Shown: in pieces, positions 47,779 through 57,719 of the stretch
How the letters are laid out: each line of letters begins with the position of its first letter
How positions within the stretch are numbered: the first letter of the stretch is position 1
Made by a program: the position numbers and the translations under genes
Notes under the pieces: generated by a model
What the model was told of the DNA's origin: nothing
What the model saw: the letters and a program-made list of their open reading frames with translations, nothing else
Databases searched by the model: none
Source of the DNA: Candidatus Lustribacter sp.
GTDB lineage: Bacteria; Vulcanimicrobiota; Vulcanimicrobiia; Vulcanimicrobiales; Vulcanimicrobiaceae
DNA length: 64,000 nt
Direction: 5' to 3'
Assembly (NCBI GenBank): GCA_965277805.1
Contig: OZ255842.1
Span: forward strand, 1,376,001-1,440,000

Positions 47779-48959
47779 CGACGCGTACAGTTGCCGTCGT
47801 CGGGGCCGGCCTCGGCGGTTTAACGGCTGCTCTGGCGCTGATCGGCCGCGGATTCGACGTGACGGTCTTCGAACAGTCGAGCGAGTTGCGTGAAGTCGGC
47901 GCGGGCGTGCAGCTCGGTCCCAACGCAATGCGCGTTTATGCGGCACTGGGCTTGGATCGCGCCATTGCCGATCTCTCGTTCGTTCCCGAAGCACACGTGG
48001 TGCGCAACGGCAAGACCGGCGCCACCATCGCGACGACGCAGATGAAGGGCGTGTACGAGGCGCAGTACGGAATCGGCTACCATACCCTGTTGCGCGCCGA
48101 CCTGCAGAGCTTGCTCGCTTCGCGGCTGCCGGCCGGCGTCTTGCAGCTCGGGAAGAAGACGAGCAGCGTCGCCGGCGGCGCCGCGGAGGCCACGCTGCAT
48201 TTCGAGGACGGTTCCTCCATCGAGAGCGATGTCGTGGTGGGTGCGGACGGCATCCATTCCGCGATTCGCGAGCATTTGCTGGGCAAGGATTCGCCGCGCT
48301 TCACCGGCACGGTCGCGTATCGCGGTGTCGCCAGGGCCGAAGCGCTGCCGAAAGGTCTGCTCACCGGCGACGTTTCGGTCTACATCGGTCCGCACGCGAG
48401 CTTCGTGTACTATTTCATCCGCCGAGGCGAACTCGTGAATTGGGTTGCGCTGGCGGAGGAGACGTCGTGGCAGCAAGAGTCATGGAGCGCGGAGGCCGAT
48501 GAGACCGACGTCTTGCGACTCTACGAGGGCTGGTGTCCGGTCGTCGCCGAGCTCGTGTCGAAAACGGACCGCTGTTATAAATGGGCTCTCTTCGATCGTG
48601 ACCCGCTCGCGCGCTGGGTCGATGGCCGCATCGCGCTGCTCGGCGACGCGGCGCACCCCATGATGCCCTATCTCGCGCAGGGCGGCTGCATGGCGATCGA
48701 AGACGGCTACGTCTTGGCGAACGAACTGGCGAAAGGGCGTGATGACCCGGCGCGAGCGCTGCGCCGCTATCAGACCCTGCGGTTACCCCGGGCGTCGCGC
48801 GTTCAACTGATGTCGCGCAAAGTCGCCCGCGTCAACCAGACCCCATCGCTCGCGGCGCGGATTGCGCGCGATCTTCGTCTGGCGCTGCAAAAGATGCTCA
48901 ATCCGCGGCAGCACGCCTACAAGATCGAATGGATCTACGGCTTCGACGTCACGCGGTGA
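47775..48959 (+). CDS. Group A FAD-dependent monooxygenase (salicylate / 6-hydroxynicotinate hydroxylase-like)
   Basis: GAGLGG, EVGAGVQL.PNA, GADGIHS, LLGDAAHPM.PY.AQGG..AIED. Confidence 0.93.
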   Translation: MTTRTVAVVGAGLGGLTAALALIGRGFDVTVFEQSSELREVGAGVQLGPNAMRVYAALGLDRAIADLSFVPEAHVVRNGKTGATIATTQMKGVYEAQYGIGYHTLLRADLQSLLASRLPAGVLQLGKKTSSVAGGAAEATLHFEDGSSIESDVVVGADGIHSAIREHLLGKDSPRFTGTVAYRGVARAEALPKGLLTGDVSVYIGPHASFVYYFIRRGELVNWVALAEETSWQQESWSAEADETDVLRLYEGWCPVVAELVSKTDRCYKWALFDRDPLARWVDGRIALLGDAAHPMMPYLAQGGCMAIEDGYVLANELAKGRDDPARALRRYQTLRLPRASRVQLMSRKVARVNQTPSLAARIARDLRLALQKMLNPRQHAYKIEWIYGFDVTR

Positions 48960-48972
48960 CCGGCGTCATGCC

Positions 48973-48997
48973 AGGAAAGCGCTGCTTTCTCGACGAT
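48973..48997 (+). promoter_or_regulatory. Putative nGGnn-N16-SSAW promoter
   Basis: AGGAA-N16-CGAT in the gap before the cytochrome c gene. Confidence 0.55.
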
Positions 48998-49033
48998 GTG
49001 ACCATGTAGGTTTCTTACGGGGAGGTGGGCTTC

Positions 49034-49465
49034 GTGAAGTGCTCGCACGCGCTGCCGATGGCGGCGATCCTGGTGGTTGCTATCGCAGCAGGCCTACGTC
49101 CGCTGCAGGCGCAGACGGCCGATCCGCGTTCCGCGCCGGGGGGCTACACCGTCGCGCAAGCCGCCGCCGGTGCGAAGCTCTACGATGCCAATTGCAGTGC
49201 CTGCCATGGGGCGAACATGCACGGCCCCGCGGGGCCGGCGCTCATCGGCGATGCGTTTACCTCGCAGTTTACGAACGAGCCCGTGAGCGACATGTACGGC
49301 TTGATGTCGAAAAACATGCCGCTCGGCAGTCCCGGCAGTCTGAAGCCGGCCGAATACCTGGCAATAACCGCCTATATTTTGCAACGCAACAAGTATCCGG
49401 CCGGTTCGGCGCCGCTGACGCAAGCGAAGCTGAAGACCATCAAGATCCTCGCGCCCTCGAGCTAG
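49034..49465 (+). CDS. Periplasmic monoheme c-type cytochrome
   Basis: GGAGG then GTG 49034; signal peptide; CSACH; GPAL; distal NMP. Confidence 0.9.
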   Translation: MKCSHALPMAAILVVAIAAGLRPLQAQTADPRSAPGGYTVAQAAAGAKLYDANCSACHGANMHGPAGPALIGDAFTSQFTNEPVSDMYGLMSKNMPLGSPGSLKPAEYLAITAYILQRNKYPAGSAPLTQAKLKTIKILAPSS

Positions 49466-49482
49466 CGCGCGGCGGTCCAGCG

Positions 49483-50496
49483 ATGGAATTATCGTCCGGC
49501 GATCGGATCCTCGTGACCGGCGGAACCGGGGTGATCGGCGCATGGGTGGTGCGCGAAGCGATCGACGCCGGCTTCGAGCCGATCGTGTTGACGCGCGGCG
49601 TTACGAAGGCCGGCGTGCCGCTGTTCGCTGACCGGCTCGACCGCATCACGTTCGTCGAAGGGGACATCACCGAACCGTGGACGATCGTCGGGGCCATGCA
49701 GCGTTTCGCGCCGGCCGGAATCATCCATATGGCGAGCGCAAAGCCGTGGCAGATCGAGCCCGAAAGCACGCCCTTTCCGAATCCGGTGCGCGGCTTGAAC
49801 AACATCGTCATGGGCACGGCCAACGTGCTCGAGGCGGCGAAGCAATTCCGCGTCAAGCGAGTCGTCTTTGCGGGTTCGAAGGCCTCCTACGACGCGTTCA
49901 GCGGCGAATACGGCTTTCCGACCTATCGCGCGGTGAGCGAACGCTATCCGAGCAATCCGGCCTCGATGTACGGTATCGGGAAGCGCGCGGCCGAACTCAC
50001 CGGGCAACTCTATCGGGACAAGCTGGGCGTCGATTTTGTCGGCGCGCGTTTCGCAAGCACGTACGGGCCGTTCAAACGCGGGGCCGGCGATCATCCGGCG
50101 GTGTGGCTGCGCCGCGCAGCAGAAGGCGAAAACTTCACGCTCACGTTCACGCCCGACGGCTACTCACGGCGCCGCGATGAGTATGTGTTCAACCAAGACG
50201 TCGCGCGGGGCATGATAAAGCTCTGCACGGCCGGGCATCCCGGCGAGTTGTTCTACAACCTGGGCACCGGCGTCGGCCATTCGCCCGAAGAACTGATCGA
50301 TTTGATCGCAACGCTCACCGGTACGCGTATCCCGGTGAAGATCGCCGAATCGCACGTACCACCCGCGTCAGGGATCGAAGCCTACGCGGGCGTCTATGAC
50401 GTCTCGGCGGCGCGCCGCGATCTGCAGTGGACGGCCGAGTACGATCTTACGGCCGGGTTCGCAAAGACGCTCGAAATGGAACGGGCCGGCAAATGA
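49483..50496 (+). CDS. Extended SDR, NAD-dependent epimerase/dehydratase
   Basis: LVTGGTGVIG, GTANVLEAA, YGIGK (YxxxK), YNLGTG. Confidence 0.9.
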   Translation: MELSSGDRILVTGGTGVIGAWVVREAIDAGFEPIVLTRGVTKAGVPLFADRLDRITFVEGDITEPWTIVGAMQRFAPAGIIHMASAKPWQIEPESTPFPNPVRGLNNIVMGTANVLEAAKQFRVKRVVFAGSKASYDAFSGEYGFPTYRAVSERYPSNPASMYGIGKRAAELTGQLYRDKLGVDFVGARFASTYGPFKRGAGDHPAVWLRRAAEGENFTLTFTPDGYSRRRDEYVFNQDVARGMIKLCTAGHPGELFYNLGTGVGHSPEELIDLIATLTGTRIPVKIAESHVPPASGIEAYAGVYDVSAARRDLQWTAEYDLTAGFAKTLEMERAGK

Positions 50497-52109
50497 AGGT
50501 CGCACGCGTCGTCATGGAAACGATCCGCGATCTGGGCGCCAAACGGTTCTTTTGCCTGCCCGGCCGTGCGGTGTACCCGCTGCTTAACGAAATGGCGCGC
50601 ATCCCGGAACTGCGCTACGTCAATGCCCTGCACGAGTTTTCCCTGACGGCCGCCGCCGACGGGTACGCTCGCGCATCGGGTGAGGTCGCGTTTCTCGGTT
50701 TGTACATGAGCACCGGTGTGATGAACGCGAGCAGCGCGCTCTTCATGGCGCATCGTGACAAGATTCCGATGGTGGTCATCGCGACGCAGACGGAAAGCTG
50801 GGCTGTGAGCGCAAACGCGCGCGCTGAGTCGGCGGGCATCCTCGATCTCGTTCGTCCGGTAACGAAGTGGGCGTGGCAAGCCCCCACTGCCGAACGCGTC
50901 CAGGAAGCGCTCGTGCGCGCGTACGCCATCGCCACGACGCCGCCGTGTGGCCCCGCCTTCGTGGCGCTGCCGGTGGACTTCTTCGACGTCGACGTTCCGC
51001 ACGTGCCGGTTCCCGCCGGCGCGCGCGTTCGCGCCGCGACGATCGCCGGCGGCGGTCTCGAGGCACTGGCCGGCTGGCTCGCGGACGCGCAGCAGCCGGT
51101 GTTCATCATCGGCGGCGAGGCCGTGACGAGCGGCGCTGCCCCGGCCGCGCTGGAACTGGCCGAGCGACTGGACGCGAGCGTGGTCTCGGAGCCCGAACCG
51201 TCCTTCCTTCCGGCCGATACGCTGCATCCGAATTATTGCGGCGAGCTGACGCCGCGCTCGACCGTGTTCGCGGATGCGGATCTGGTTCTGCACATCGGCG
51301 TCAACACGCTCGAGCGCGAACACGCTCCGGTGCTGACGCAGGGACGCGCGAAGCGCCACGTCTACATCGGCACCGACGAGAAAAAGATTCATGAAGCGAT
51401 CACGTACGATGCCGCCGTGGTCGGCAGCATTCCGGCCACGGTTGCGGCCCTCGCCCTGACCGCCGGCACGCGTCCGGCCTCGTCTGCGGCCCGGCCGACA
51501 TGGAAGGCCGAGCGCGATCGCCTCGTGGTCGCTTCGGATGACGCGCTGCCGTTGACGATCCCGGTCATCGCGACGGCCTTGCGCGAGCAGCTGCCGGCCG
51601 AGGCCGTGATCGTCGAACACGCGACGACCGCGGCCAACCTCTTTCGCCGGACGTTTCACGTACCGTCGTCGCGGCACTACATCGCGGCGTCGGGCAGTAA
51701 TCAGGGCTGGGGTGGTGCCGCCGCGCCCGGCGTGAAGATGGCGCTATCCGACGTTCCGGTGGTGGCCGTCATCGGCGACGGCGGGTTCATGTTTTCACCG
51801 CAGACCATATACATGGCCGGTCAGTTCGACGCGCCGGTGATCTACGTGGTGCTCGACAACGGCGGCTGGGCGTCGATGGATTCGAGCGTGCGCAGCGGTG
51901 CGCCGGCGATCGGCGAACGCGGGATCGATCTCGGCTATAGCTGGTCGATCGACGTTGCTGGCGTAGCCGCCGCTCTCGGTGCCGAGACGGCCCGGGCGAC
52001 CACGCGAGCCGAATTCATCGCGGCGCTCCAGGCGGCGCTTGCAAGCGGCCGGACGACGTTCATCGGCGTTGCGTCGCGCCGCATCGGAGCCGGCCCCGCG
52101 CCGGCGTAA
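50493..52109 (+). CDS. Thiamine diphosphate-dependent enzyme (benzoylformate decarboxylase-like)
   Basis: LHE....AADGYARASG, PVTKW, GP.FVALP.D, IGDGG...VVLDNGG. Confidence 0.9.
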   Translation: MKVARVVMETIRDLGAKRFFCLPGRAVYPLLNEMARIPELRYVNALHEFSLTAAADGYARASGEVAFLGLYMSTGVMNASSALFMAHRDKIPMVVIATQTESWAVSANARAESAGILDLVRPVTKWAWQAPTAERVQEALVRAYAIATTPPCGPAFVALPVDFFDVDVPHVPVPAGARVRAATIAGGGLEALAGWLADAQQPVFIIGGEAVTSGAAPAALELAERLDASVVSEPEPSFLPADTLHPNYCGELTPRSTVFADADLVLHIGVNTLEREHAPVLTQGRAKRHVYIGTDEKKIHEAITYDAAVVGSIPATVAALALTAGTRPASSAARPTWKAERDRLVVASDDALPLTIPVIATALREQLPAEAVIVEHATTAANLFRRTFHVPSSRHYIAASGSNQGWGGAAAPGVKMALSDVPVVAVIGDGGFMFSPQTIYMAGQFDAPVIYVVLDNGGWASMDSSVRSGAPAIGERGIDLGYSWSIDVAGVAAALGAETARATTRAEFIAALQAALASGRTTFIGVASRRIGAGPAPA

Positions 52110-52128
52110 TCGCATCGATTCACGAAGG

Positions 52129-53179
52129 ATGGCACACGTGCGGGAACTCGGTCTCAAACTACGAGCGTTCGCGTTTTGGCTGGCGGCGGCCGTACTGATT
52201 GCCGGGTCGCTGCCCGGCGCTTCGCAGGCTGCCGACGCGAACGATGTCGTGCGCATCATCATCAATCCCGGCATTTACGATGAGCTGCCGCTGTACTGGG
52301 CGGTCGACAAAGGCTATTTCACCGACGCCCACATCGACTTGCACATTACGAAGGTCACCACGTCGGCCGGCACGCTCGTGCCGTTCCTTGCCCGCGGCGA
52401 CGTCGACGTTGCACCGATGGTCATGGTCCCGGCATTTTTCAACCAATTCGATCAGGGCTTCGGCTCGAAAATCGTCGCCACGATGGACGAGTCGCACAAG
52501 GGGTGGAGCGATACTACAGCCTTCTTGGTGCGCCAAGACCTGTGGGATTCGAAGGCGATTCGCAAGCCTTCAGACTTGCGCGGGAAGAAGCTGGTCAAGC
52601 CGATCGGTGCGCCCAACGATTTTCTCACGCTGGAGATCATGGCCAAGGCCGGCTTGACGATGGCCAACGTGGAGATGCATACGTCGCTCAACGGGCAGAC
52701 GACCTACTTGCCCTCGCTGATGAATCACCAATACGACGCGCTCAGCGCGCCGGAACCGATCGCTTCGCAATTGGAAAAAGCGGGCGTGGCGCACAAGTGG
52801 CTGAGTTTGCAGGACGTCATCCCGTACTATCAGGCGACGTACCTCGCGTACTCCGAAGCGTTTGCCCGCGATCATCGCGAGGTCGCCCAGCGCTTCATGA
52901 CCGCGTATCTTCGCGTGCAAAGACGTCGCGACGAGCAACGGCAAGTGGACGCCGCAACTCGTTGACGAAGTGGCGAACTGGTCGGGGCAGAGCCGCGACG
53001 TCGTGTTGGCCCTCCCGGGACCGGCATACCCGGGCATAAGCCGGATCTCGCGGGAGTCAATTACGCGTCAGGAAGCGATGTGGTACCAGCTCGGCATGAT
53101 GAAGAAAATGGTTCCGATCGAGCAGTTCATCGACGAATCGTTTGCGGAGAACGCGCGCAAGGAACTCCGCATCAAGTAA
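52129..53179 (+). pseudogene. SsuA/TauA-like solute-binding protein (subfamily B) interrupted by a frameshift near 52912-52915
   Basis: First frame matches paralogs up to FMTAYLR; the conserved tail (CKDVATSNGKWTPQL...PGPAY) continues in another frame to TAA 53179. Confidence 0.85.
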
Positions 53180-54371
53180 AGCCGGCTAGACTCGCAACCT
53201 GCATGATGACGGCCGATAGCACGACGATGAGCCATGGCGGCCATTTCCAGACGGTGAGCGCTGCGAACGCGAGTACCGCGAGGGCGGCGTCGGCCGGAGC
53301 GTGGATCGCGCTCACCCAGACCGGTTGATAGAATGCGGCCAAGAGCACGCCGACGACCGCGGCGTTCACGCCCTGGAGGGCGCCAACGATGGCCGCGTTG
53401 CCGATCATGCCGTTCCAGTACGGCAACACCGCCGCGATGAGCAAGAACGACGGCAGGTAGATTGCGAACAGCGCGATCGCTGCACCGCCGGCCCCGCTTA
53501 CCGGTCCGTGCATCGCTGCACCGAGGTAGGACGCGAACGTGAACAACGGTCCGGGCATCGCTTGTGCGGCTCCGTAGCCCGCGAGGAACGCATCCTGACC
53601 GATCCAACCCGGCGGCACGACGCGCGCTTGTAACAGCGGCAACACGACGTGACCGCCGCCGAAGACGAGCGCTCCGGATTCATAGAACGCGGTCACGACA
53701 TGCAGGATGCCGTTCGTCGCGAAACGGTCGATCAGCGGCAGACCGAGGAGGAGCGCGAGAAACGCTGCACCGGCAACAGCGCCCGTCGTACGATTCCCGG
53801 CCGTTGGGATCGGGCGCGTGCCGGCCGGCGTTGCGGCGATGAAGAAGCGGCCGTACACTGCACCGGCGACGATGACGAACAGCTGCACGAAGCCGGTCGC
53901 CGGCAAAATCGTGATGAGCGCGGCGCTAATAAGTGCGAGGCTCTTGCGCGGCACATCCGGACAGAGCGAGCGGTACATGCTCGCCACGGCGGCGGCCACG
54001 ACCGCGACAGCCGCAACGAGCAGGCCGTGGATCCACGGCGCGTCCGCTACTCCGGGAATGCGTGCGATGCCCAGCGCGAACGCCGCCATCAGGATTGCGG
54101 AGGGCAGCGTGAACGCGATCCAGGCGAGCGCGCCGCCGGGCACGCCCGCCCGGCTGAGACCGATGATGATGCACACCTGACTGCTGGCCGGCCCGGGCAG
54201 AAACTGACATAACGCGACGATCTGCGCGAACGTGTCCGCGTCGAGCCATTTGCGGCGCTCGACGAACTCGGTATTGAAGTAGCCGAGATGCGCGACCGGA
54301 CCGCCGAATGCGCTCAATCCAAGCCGAAGGAAGGCGCCGAACACCTCGCCGGGTCCGCGCGATGCCGGCAA
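53172..54371 (-). CDS. chrA: CHR-family chromate/oxyanion transporter
   Basis: LGLSAFGGP.AHLGYF, LCQFLPGPASSQ, GALVFGGGHVVLP, AQAMPGPLF. Confidence 0.93.
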   Translation of the reverse strand: MPASRGPGEVFGAFLRLGLSAFGGPVAHLGYFNTEFVERRKWLDADTFAQIVALCQFLPGPASSQVCIIIGLSRAGVPGGALAWIAFTLPSAILMAAFALGIARIPGVADAPWIHGLLVAAVAVVAAAVASMYRSLCPDVPRKSLALISAALITILPATGFVQLFVIVAGAVYGRFFIAATPAGTRPIPTAGNRTTGAVAGAAFLALLLGLPLIDRFATNGILHVVTAFYESGALVFGGGHVVLPLLQARVVPPGWIGQDAFLAGYGAAQAMPGPLFTFASYLGAAMHGPVSGAGGAAIALFAIYLPSFLLIAAVLPYWNGMIGNAAIVGALQGVNAAVVGVLLAAFYQPVWVSAIHAPADAALAVLAFAALTVWKWPPWLIVVLSAVIMQVASLAGFT

Positions 54372-55472
54372 CTAGTGTCCTTGCATGATGATTGCGGTGA
54401 TCTCGCGATTGAAGTCCGCGAACTGCGGATAGCGCTCGTCGAGACCGGTGCCTTGCGGTCCCTCCATGATGTTCACGTGCGAGCGTCGCAGGTCCGCGAT
54501 GACCTTTGACATGTGCGAGCCGCGCATGATGTCGCTATCCTGTCCGGTGAGATTCCATAAGTCATCCTGGCCTTCGCGCGTGAGAAGATAAGTGAGAAAG
54601 AGTCGCGCGGCGGCCGGGTGAGCCGCGGTGAGCGGGATGCCGGGCGAGATGTAGTTCACTTCGGTCGCCTCGCGCGGATAGATCGAGGCGATCGCTTCGC
54701 CTTTACGCTGGCGCAGGCGCACCTCATGATCGCCGCAGTCGAGTCCGAAGATCAGGAACTCGCCCGAGACGACGCGGTCGACGTCACCGCAGGTCATGAT
54801 GCCGTCGACCTGACCGTTGAAGCGCTTGACGAAATCGAGCATCCGTTGCGGTCCGAAAGCGTTCGGCAGACCCAGCACGGCCATGAACGTTCCTTGATAG
54901 GGCGAGGTGGCGATCTTGCCTTTCCACTGCGGTTTCAACAAGTCGGCGTACGAGCGCGGGACGTCGCTCGGCGCAATCAGCTTCGTATTGTACGAAAAGC
55001 CGACGAGTTCGGTCATGAGCTTGACGGCGCGATGGTCGTACACTTCCGCCGCGGCCGGCAAATCGGGCACGTATTTGTGCCATTCGACGCGCTGCATCAC
55101 CGGCGGCAACGAGCGGTCGTTCGCGGTGAAGAGAATGTCCGAACTGGACGTCTGGCCGGCGCGCACCTCCTGCGCTAACTGCCGTAAGAACGCTCCGCCT
55201 CCGCCCACCGGCGAATAATGGATCTCGTACTTGATGTGATACTTCTGCTCGATGTGCTGCTGGATGAGCGCAGCGCCCGCGAGGCCGCCGAAGGTGTCGC
55301 TCGCGCCGAGGGTGAGGGACCCTTCCTTCGCCGCGGCGGCAACCAGGGCAGCAAGGTTTGACGGCTCGGCGTATCCCGCGGGAGCACTCTGTCCCGCGGC
55401 CGGGTTCAGGGCAGCCAGCCATAACAGCGTTGCCGCGCCGATCCATCGTGTTGCTTTCAGGTTACGCCACAC
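54372..55472 (-). CDS. ABC solute-binding protein, Fe/polyamine/thiamine-type
   Basis: Signal peptide; LVAAAAKEGSL, YNTKLI...VPRSYADLLKPQWKGKIA, AAHPAAARLF..YLL..EGQ. Confidence 0.85.
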   Translation of the reverse strand: MWRNLKATRWIGAATLLWLAALNPAAGQSAPAGYAEPSNLAALVAAAAKEGSLTLGASDTFGGLAGAALIQQHIEQKYHIKYEIHYSPVGGGGAFLRQLAQEVRAGQTSSSDILFTANDRSLPPVMQRVEWHKYVPDLPAAAEVYDHRAVKLMTELVGFSYNTKLIAPSDVPRSYADLLKPQWKGKIATSPYQGTFMAVLGLPNAFGPQRMLDFVKRFNGQVDGIMTCGDVDRVVSGEFLIFGLDCGDHEVRLRQRKGEAIASIYPREATEVNYISPGIPLTAAHPAAARLFLTYLLTREGQDDLWNLTGQDSDIMRGSHMSKVIADLRRSHVNIMEGPQGTGLDERYPQFADFNREITAIIMQGH

Positions 55473-55480
55473 TGCGCCAA

Positions 55481-55499
55481 GCCTTATACGTTTTAAGGC
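55481..55499. promoter_or_regulatory. Palindrome between divergent genes (candidate operator)
   Basis: GCCTTA-N7-TAAGGC; overlaps minus-strand TATAAG 10 nt before GTG 55472. Confidence 0.4.
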
Positions 55500-55550
55500 A
55501 CGAGAACCTGCGCGCTGAGTGGAGGAGAGCCGCCGCAGTTCAGACTAGAG

Positions 55551-56753
55551 ATGCTGGTGATGCTGATGACGATCGAGCCCGGCGAGCTCGTGGCGCGCGC
55601 TCGGGCAATGGTTCCGTATCTGCGCGAACGCGCGCTCGAGGCCGAACGGCAGCGGCGAATCTCCGCCGAAACGATCTCGCGCTTTAGCGAGGCGGGATTT
55701 TTCCGTACGCTGGCGCCGGTGCGCTTCGGCGGGTTCGAATACGGCTTCGGCACGATGATGGACATCCTCGCCGAAGTCGGGCGCGGTTGCGGCTCGTCGG
55801 CGTGGCTCTGCGGCCTCGGCATCATTCATCGCTGGCTGCTCTCGCTGTTTCCGCTTGAAGCGCAGATCGACGTTTGGGACGATGATCCGGACGGCATCAT
55901 CACCGGTTCCTACGCGCCGCAAGGCGTTGCGCAACCGGAGGCCGGCGGCTACCGCATTCCGGCCGGCAAGTGGTCGTTCTCGAGCGGCGTCGATCACTCG
56001 AGATGGTCGGTCATCGGCGTGATGTTTCCGCCCGGCAAGGACGAAACGGCGCCGTCTCGCGGCCTCTTGCTCGTTCCATCGTCGGATTACACCATCGAGG
56101 ACGACTGGTATGCGAGCGGGTTGTGCGGCACCGGCAGTAAGACGATCGTCATCGACGACGTGTTCGTGCCGGCACATCGCAAGCTCACCTTTCCTCAGGC
56201 GGTTTCAGGCAGCGCACCCGGCAGCCTCGTCCACGAGAACCCGCTCTACAAGGTGTCGTTCATGGCCGGCATGCCGTGCGCGCTCGCCTCGCCCGCGTTC
56301 GGCATGGTCCAGGGTGCGATCGACGACGCTCTGGCATCGATCAGCAAGCAACTCACGCGAGGTGCGGCCGGCGGTGCCGGCAACCGAGTCGCCGATTACG
56401 CGGCCGTCCAATCGCGCATGGCGGAAGCCACAGCCGCGCTCGACGCCGCGCAGCTCTTGCTGCATCGCGACTGTGATGAGTTGCTCGCCGCGGTGCGCGC
56501 GGGTGAACGTGTCAGCGTCGACATGCGTATCCGCAACCGGCGCAACCACGCCTTCGCCGTGCGCTTGGCGGTGCAGGCGGTGGACGCGCTCTACGAATCC
56601 TCGGGCGGCCGCGGCCTCTACCTCGACAACACCGTTCAGCGGGCGTGGCGCGACGTCCACGCGGTTTCGAAGCACATCGCGCTCAATTGGGATGCCGTCA
56701 GCACGATGACCGGCCAGCACTTACTGGGTCTGGAACCGAAGGGAACCTATTGA
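55551..56753 (+). CDS. Acyl-CoA dehydrogenase-fold flavin monooxygenase oxygenase subunit (HsaA/DszC-like); start may be 55560 or 55566
   Basis: P.RFGGFE, GCGSSAW, GKWSFSSG.DH, DDWYASGL.GTGS, DVFVPAHR, QRAWRD.H....H. Confidence 0.9.
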   Translation: MLVMLMTIEPGELVARARAMVPYLRERALEAERQRRISAETISRFSEAGFFRTLAPVRFGGFEYGFGTMMDILAEVGRGCGSSAWLCGLGIIHRWLLSLFPLEAQIDVWDDDPDGIITGSYAPQGVAQPEAGGYRIPAGKWSFSSGVDHSRWSVIGVMFPPGKDETAPSRGLLLVPSSDYTIEDDWYASGLCGTGSKTIVIDDVFVPAHRKLTFPQAVSGSAPGSLVHENPLYKVSFMAGMPCALASPAFGMVQGAIDDALASISKQLTRGAAGGAGNRVADYAAVQSRMAEATAALDAAQLLLHRDCDELLAAVRAGERVSVDMRIRNRRNHAFAVRLAVQAVDALYESSGGRGLYLDNTVQRAWRDVHAVSKHIALNWDAVSTMTGQHLLGLEPKGTY

Positions 56754-57706
56754 AGAAGATGACTCGCGGCGCCGCGTCGGCGTTGCTTTTCGGCGGGGCC
56801 GCGTTTGGCTTCGCCGCAGCGCACGGCGGCGCACAAACGCCGGCGCAGGTGCGGATTGCCACGATCCCGATCGAGCCCGGCGCCGAGGTCTACTTTGCAA
56901 AGGAGCGCGGCTTCTTTGCTAAGGCCGGCCTCGATGCCGATATTCAGCCGATGCAGGGCGGCTCTGCAATTGCGGCGGCGCTGGTTTCGGGAGCGATCGA
57001 TATCGGCTTTCTCGCGATCGACGCGCTGGCGGCGATTCATCGCAAAGGCGTTCCCCTGGTCGCGCTTGCGCCTGGGACGGAGTACCTTTCTCCGTTCACC
57101 ACCCAAAATGCGGCGTTGATGGTACCGGCGAACTCGACGGTTCAGAAAGCGCCGGACCTCAACGGGAGAACCGTTGCGGTCATCTCGCTCAACAGCCTCA
57201 CGCATACCGCGGTGCGGACGTGGATGGATAAGAACGGCGGCGATGCATCGACGGTCAAGTTCGTGGAACTGCCGTCGTCTGCGATGGCGACCGCGCTGGG
57301 CGGCAACCGCGTGGATGCCGCCGAGGTGGCCGAGCCGTTCATCGGGGAAGCGAAGAAATCGGCCCGCGTTCTGGCGTACGGATTCGATAGCATCGCGAAG
57401 CGCTTCATCACGACGGGATGGTGCAGCACGCCGCAATGGGCGAAGGATCACGCGCCGCTCGCGAACCGCTTTGCCGCCGCGATGCGCGAGACGGCGGCTT
57501 GGGCGAACGGTAACCCGCAAGAGAGCGGGGCCATTCTCGCGAGTTCGCTGAAGCTCGATCCGGCGCTGGTCGCGGCCATGACCCGCGTGCGTTACACCGA
57601 CCAGCTTCTGCCCGCGCTGATGCAACCGTTGATCGATGCGACGGCGCACTACAACGGTTTCAGCACCTTTCCGGCACAGGAACTCATCTACACGCCCGCG
57701 CGCTGA
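56750..57706 (+). CDS. SsuA/TauA-like ABC solute-binding protein (subfamily A)
   Basis: TTGA overlap start; EVYFAKERGFFAKAGLD, QPLID, FPAQELIY. Confidence 0.9.
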   Translation: MKKMTRGAASALLFGGAAFGFAAAHGGAQTPAQVRIATIPIEPGAEVYFAKERGFFAKAGLDADIQPMQGGSAIAAALVSGAIDIGFLAIDALAAIHRKGVPLVALAPGTEYLSPFTTQNAALMVPANSTVQKAPDLNGRTVAVISLNSLTHTAVRTWMDKNGGDASTVKFVELPSSAMATALGGNRVDAAEVAEPFIGEAKKSARVLAYGFDSIAKRFITTGWCSTPQWAKDHAPLANRFAAAMRETAAWANGNPQESGAILASSLKLDPALVAAMTRVRYTDQLLPALMQPLIDATAHYNGFSTFPAQELIYTPAR

Positions 57707-57719
57707 ACGTCGCCGGCAG

